Shown: piece after piece, positions 63,595 to 64,000 of the stretch
Position numbering within the stretch: the first letter of the stretch is position 1
How the letters are laid out: the number at the start of each line of letters is the position of its first letter
Source of the DNA: Mobula hypostoma
Lineage: Eukaryota
DNA: 64,000 nucleotides
Reading direction: 5' to 3'
NCBI RefSeq assembly: GCF_963921235.1
Contig: NC_086109.1
Location: 13,890,001 to 13,954,000 of the forward strand
Translations under genes and position numbers: made by a program
The notes under the pieces: generated by a model
Told to the model about the DNA's origin: nothing
The model's input: only the letters and a program-made list of their open reading frames with translations
Databases searched by the model: none

Positions 63595-64000
63595 AGCACC
63601 CAGAAGCACTTACATAAACTCTGATGAAGTGCTTTGAGAAGTTGGTGGTGAAACACATTATCTCCTGCTTGAGAAGCGACGGGGATCTGCTCCAATTTGT
63701 TTTCTGGAACAGCAAGTCAAAAGCAGATGCCTCTTCGTTGGCTCTTCTCTCAAGCCTGGAACATCAGGATATTCTTCATTGATTACAGCTTTCCCTGAAA
63801 CAAACCAATAGGCTTCACTACCTCTGTGCAATTGGATACTCACTTGCAGACACAAGGCAGTTTGGATTGGTCACAACCTTCCCTCCATCGTCTCCATCTC
63901 CATCAGCACAGGTGCACCACAAGGCTGTGTGCTTAGACCCCTGCTCTACTTGCTTTATACTTATGATTGTGAAACTAAGCACAGCTCCAATGCCATATTT
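63595..64000 (+). mobile_element. Rex1/Babar-type RT fragment running off the window
   Basis: ALT..LMKCFEKLV...STGAPQGCVL.PLLY.LYTYDC remnant. Confidence 0.8.

Noticed and set aside
1..64000. CRISPR array, prokaryotic operon or retron-type system
   Set aside because: No regularly spaced repeat-spacer array; all RT sequences are eukaryotic retroelement types.

Overview
This is eukaryotic, repeat-dominated vertebrate DNA. The repeat set points to a cartilaginous fish, probably a ray (inference): V-domain/HE1-type tRNA SINEs, CR1 LINEs, Penelope-derived terminal hairpins, Rex1/Babar, RTE and L2 LINEs, Tc1 and hAT non-autonomous elements, and one solo LTR. No host protein-coding gene can be named. 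The only long ORF (5290-7302) is a 5'-truncated but uninterrupted CR1 ORF2. A CpG-rich, transposon-depleted block at about 19.0-26.2 kb looks like a promoter with a first exon and first intron of an unidentified + strand gene. A well-formed - strand candidate exon at 12149-12320 suggests a divergent transcript. The most interesting structure is: (i) many copies of a minimal type-I hammerhead-ribozyme motif in Penelope termini, one folded into a 153-bp near-perfect hairpin; (ii) a five-layer nested transposon stack at 0.87-7.9 kb, with one target site apparently used twice; (iii) a hAT-like element with a 6-bp target-site duplication (TSD) and a BED-finger remnant; (iv) a local 350-bp inverted duplication. 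All calls were made by eye, and boundaries of old repeats are approximate.
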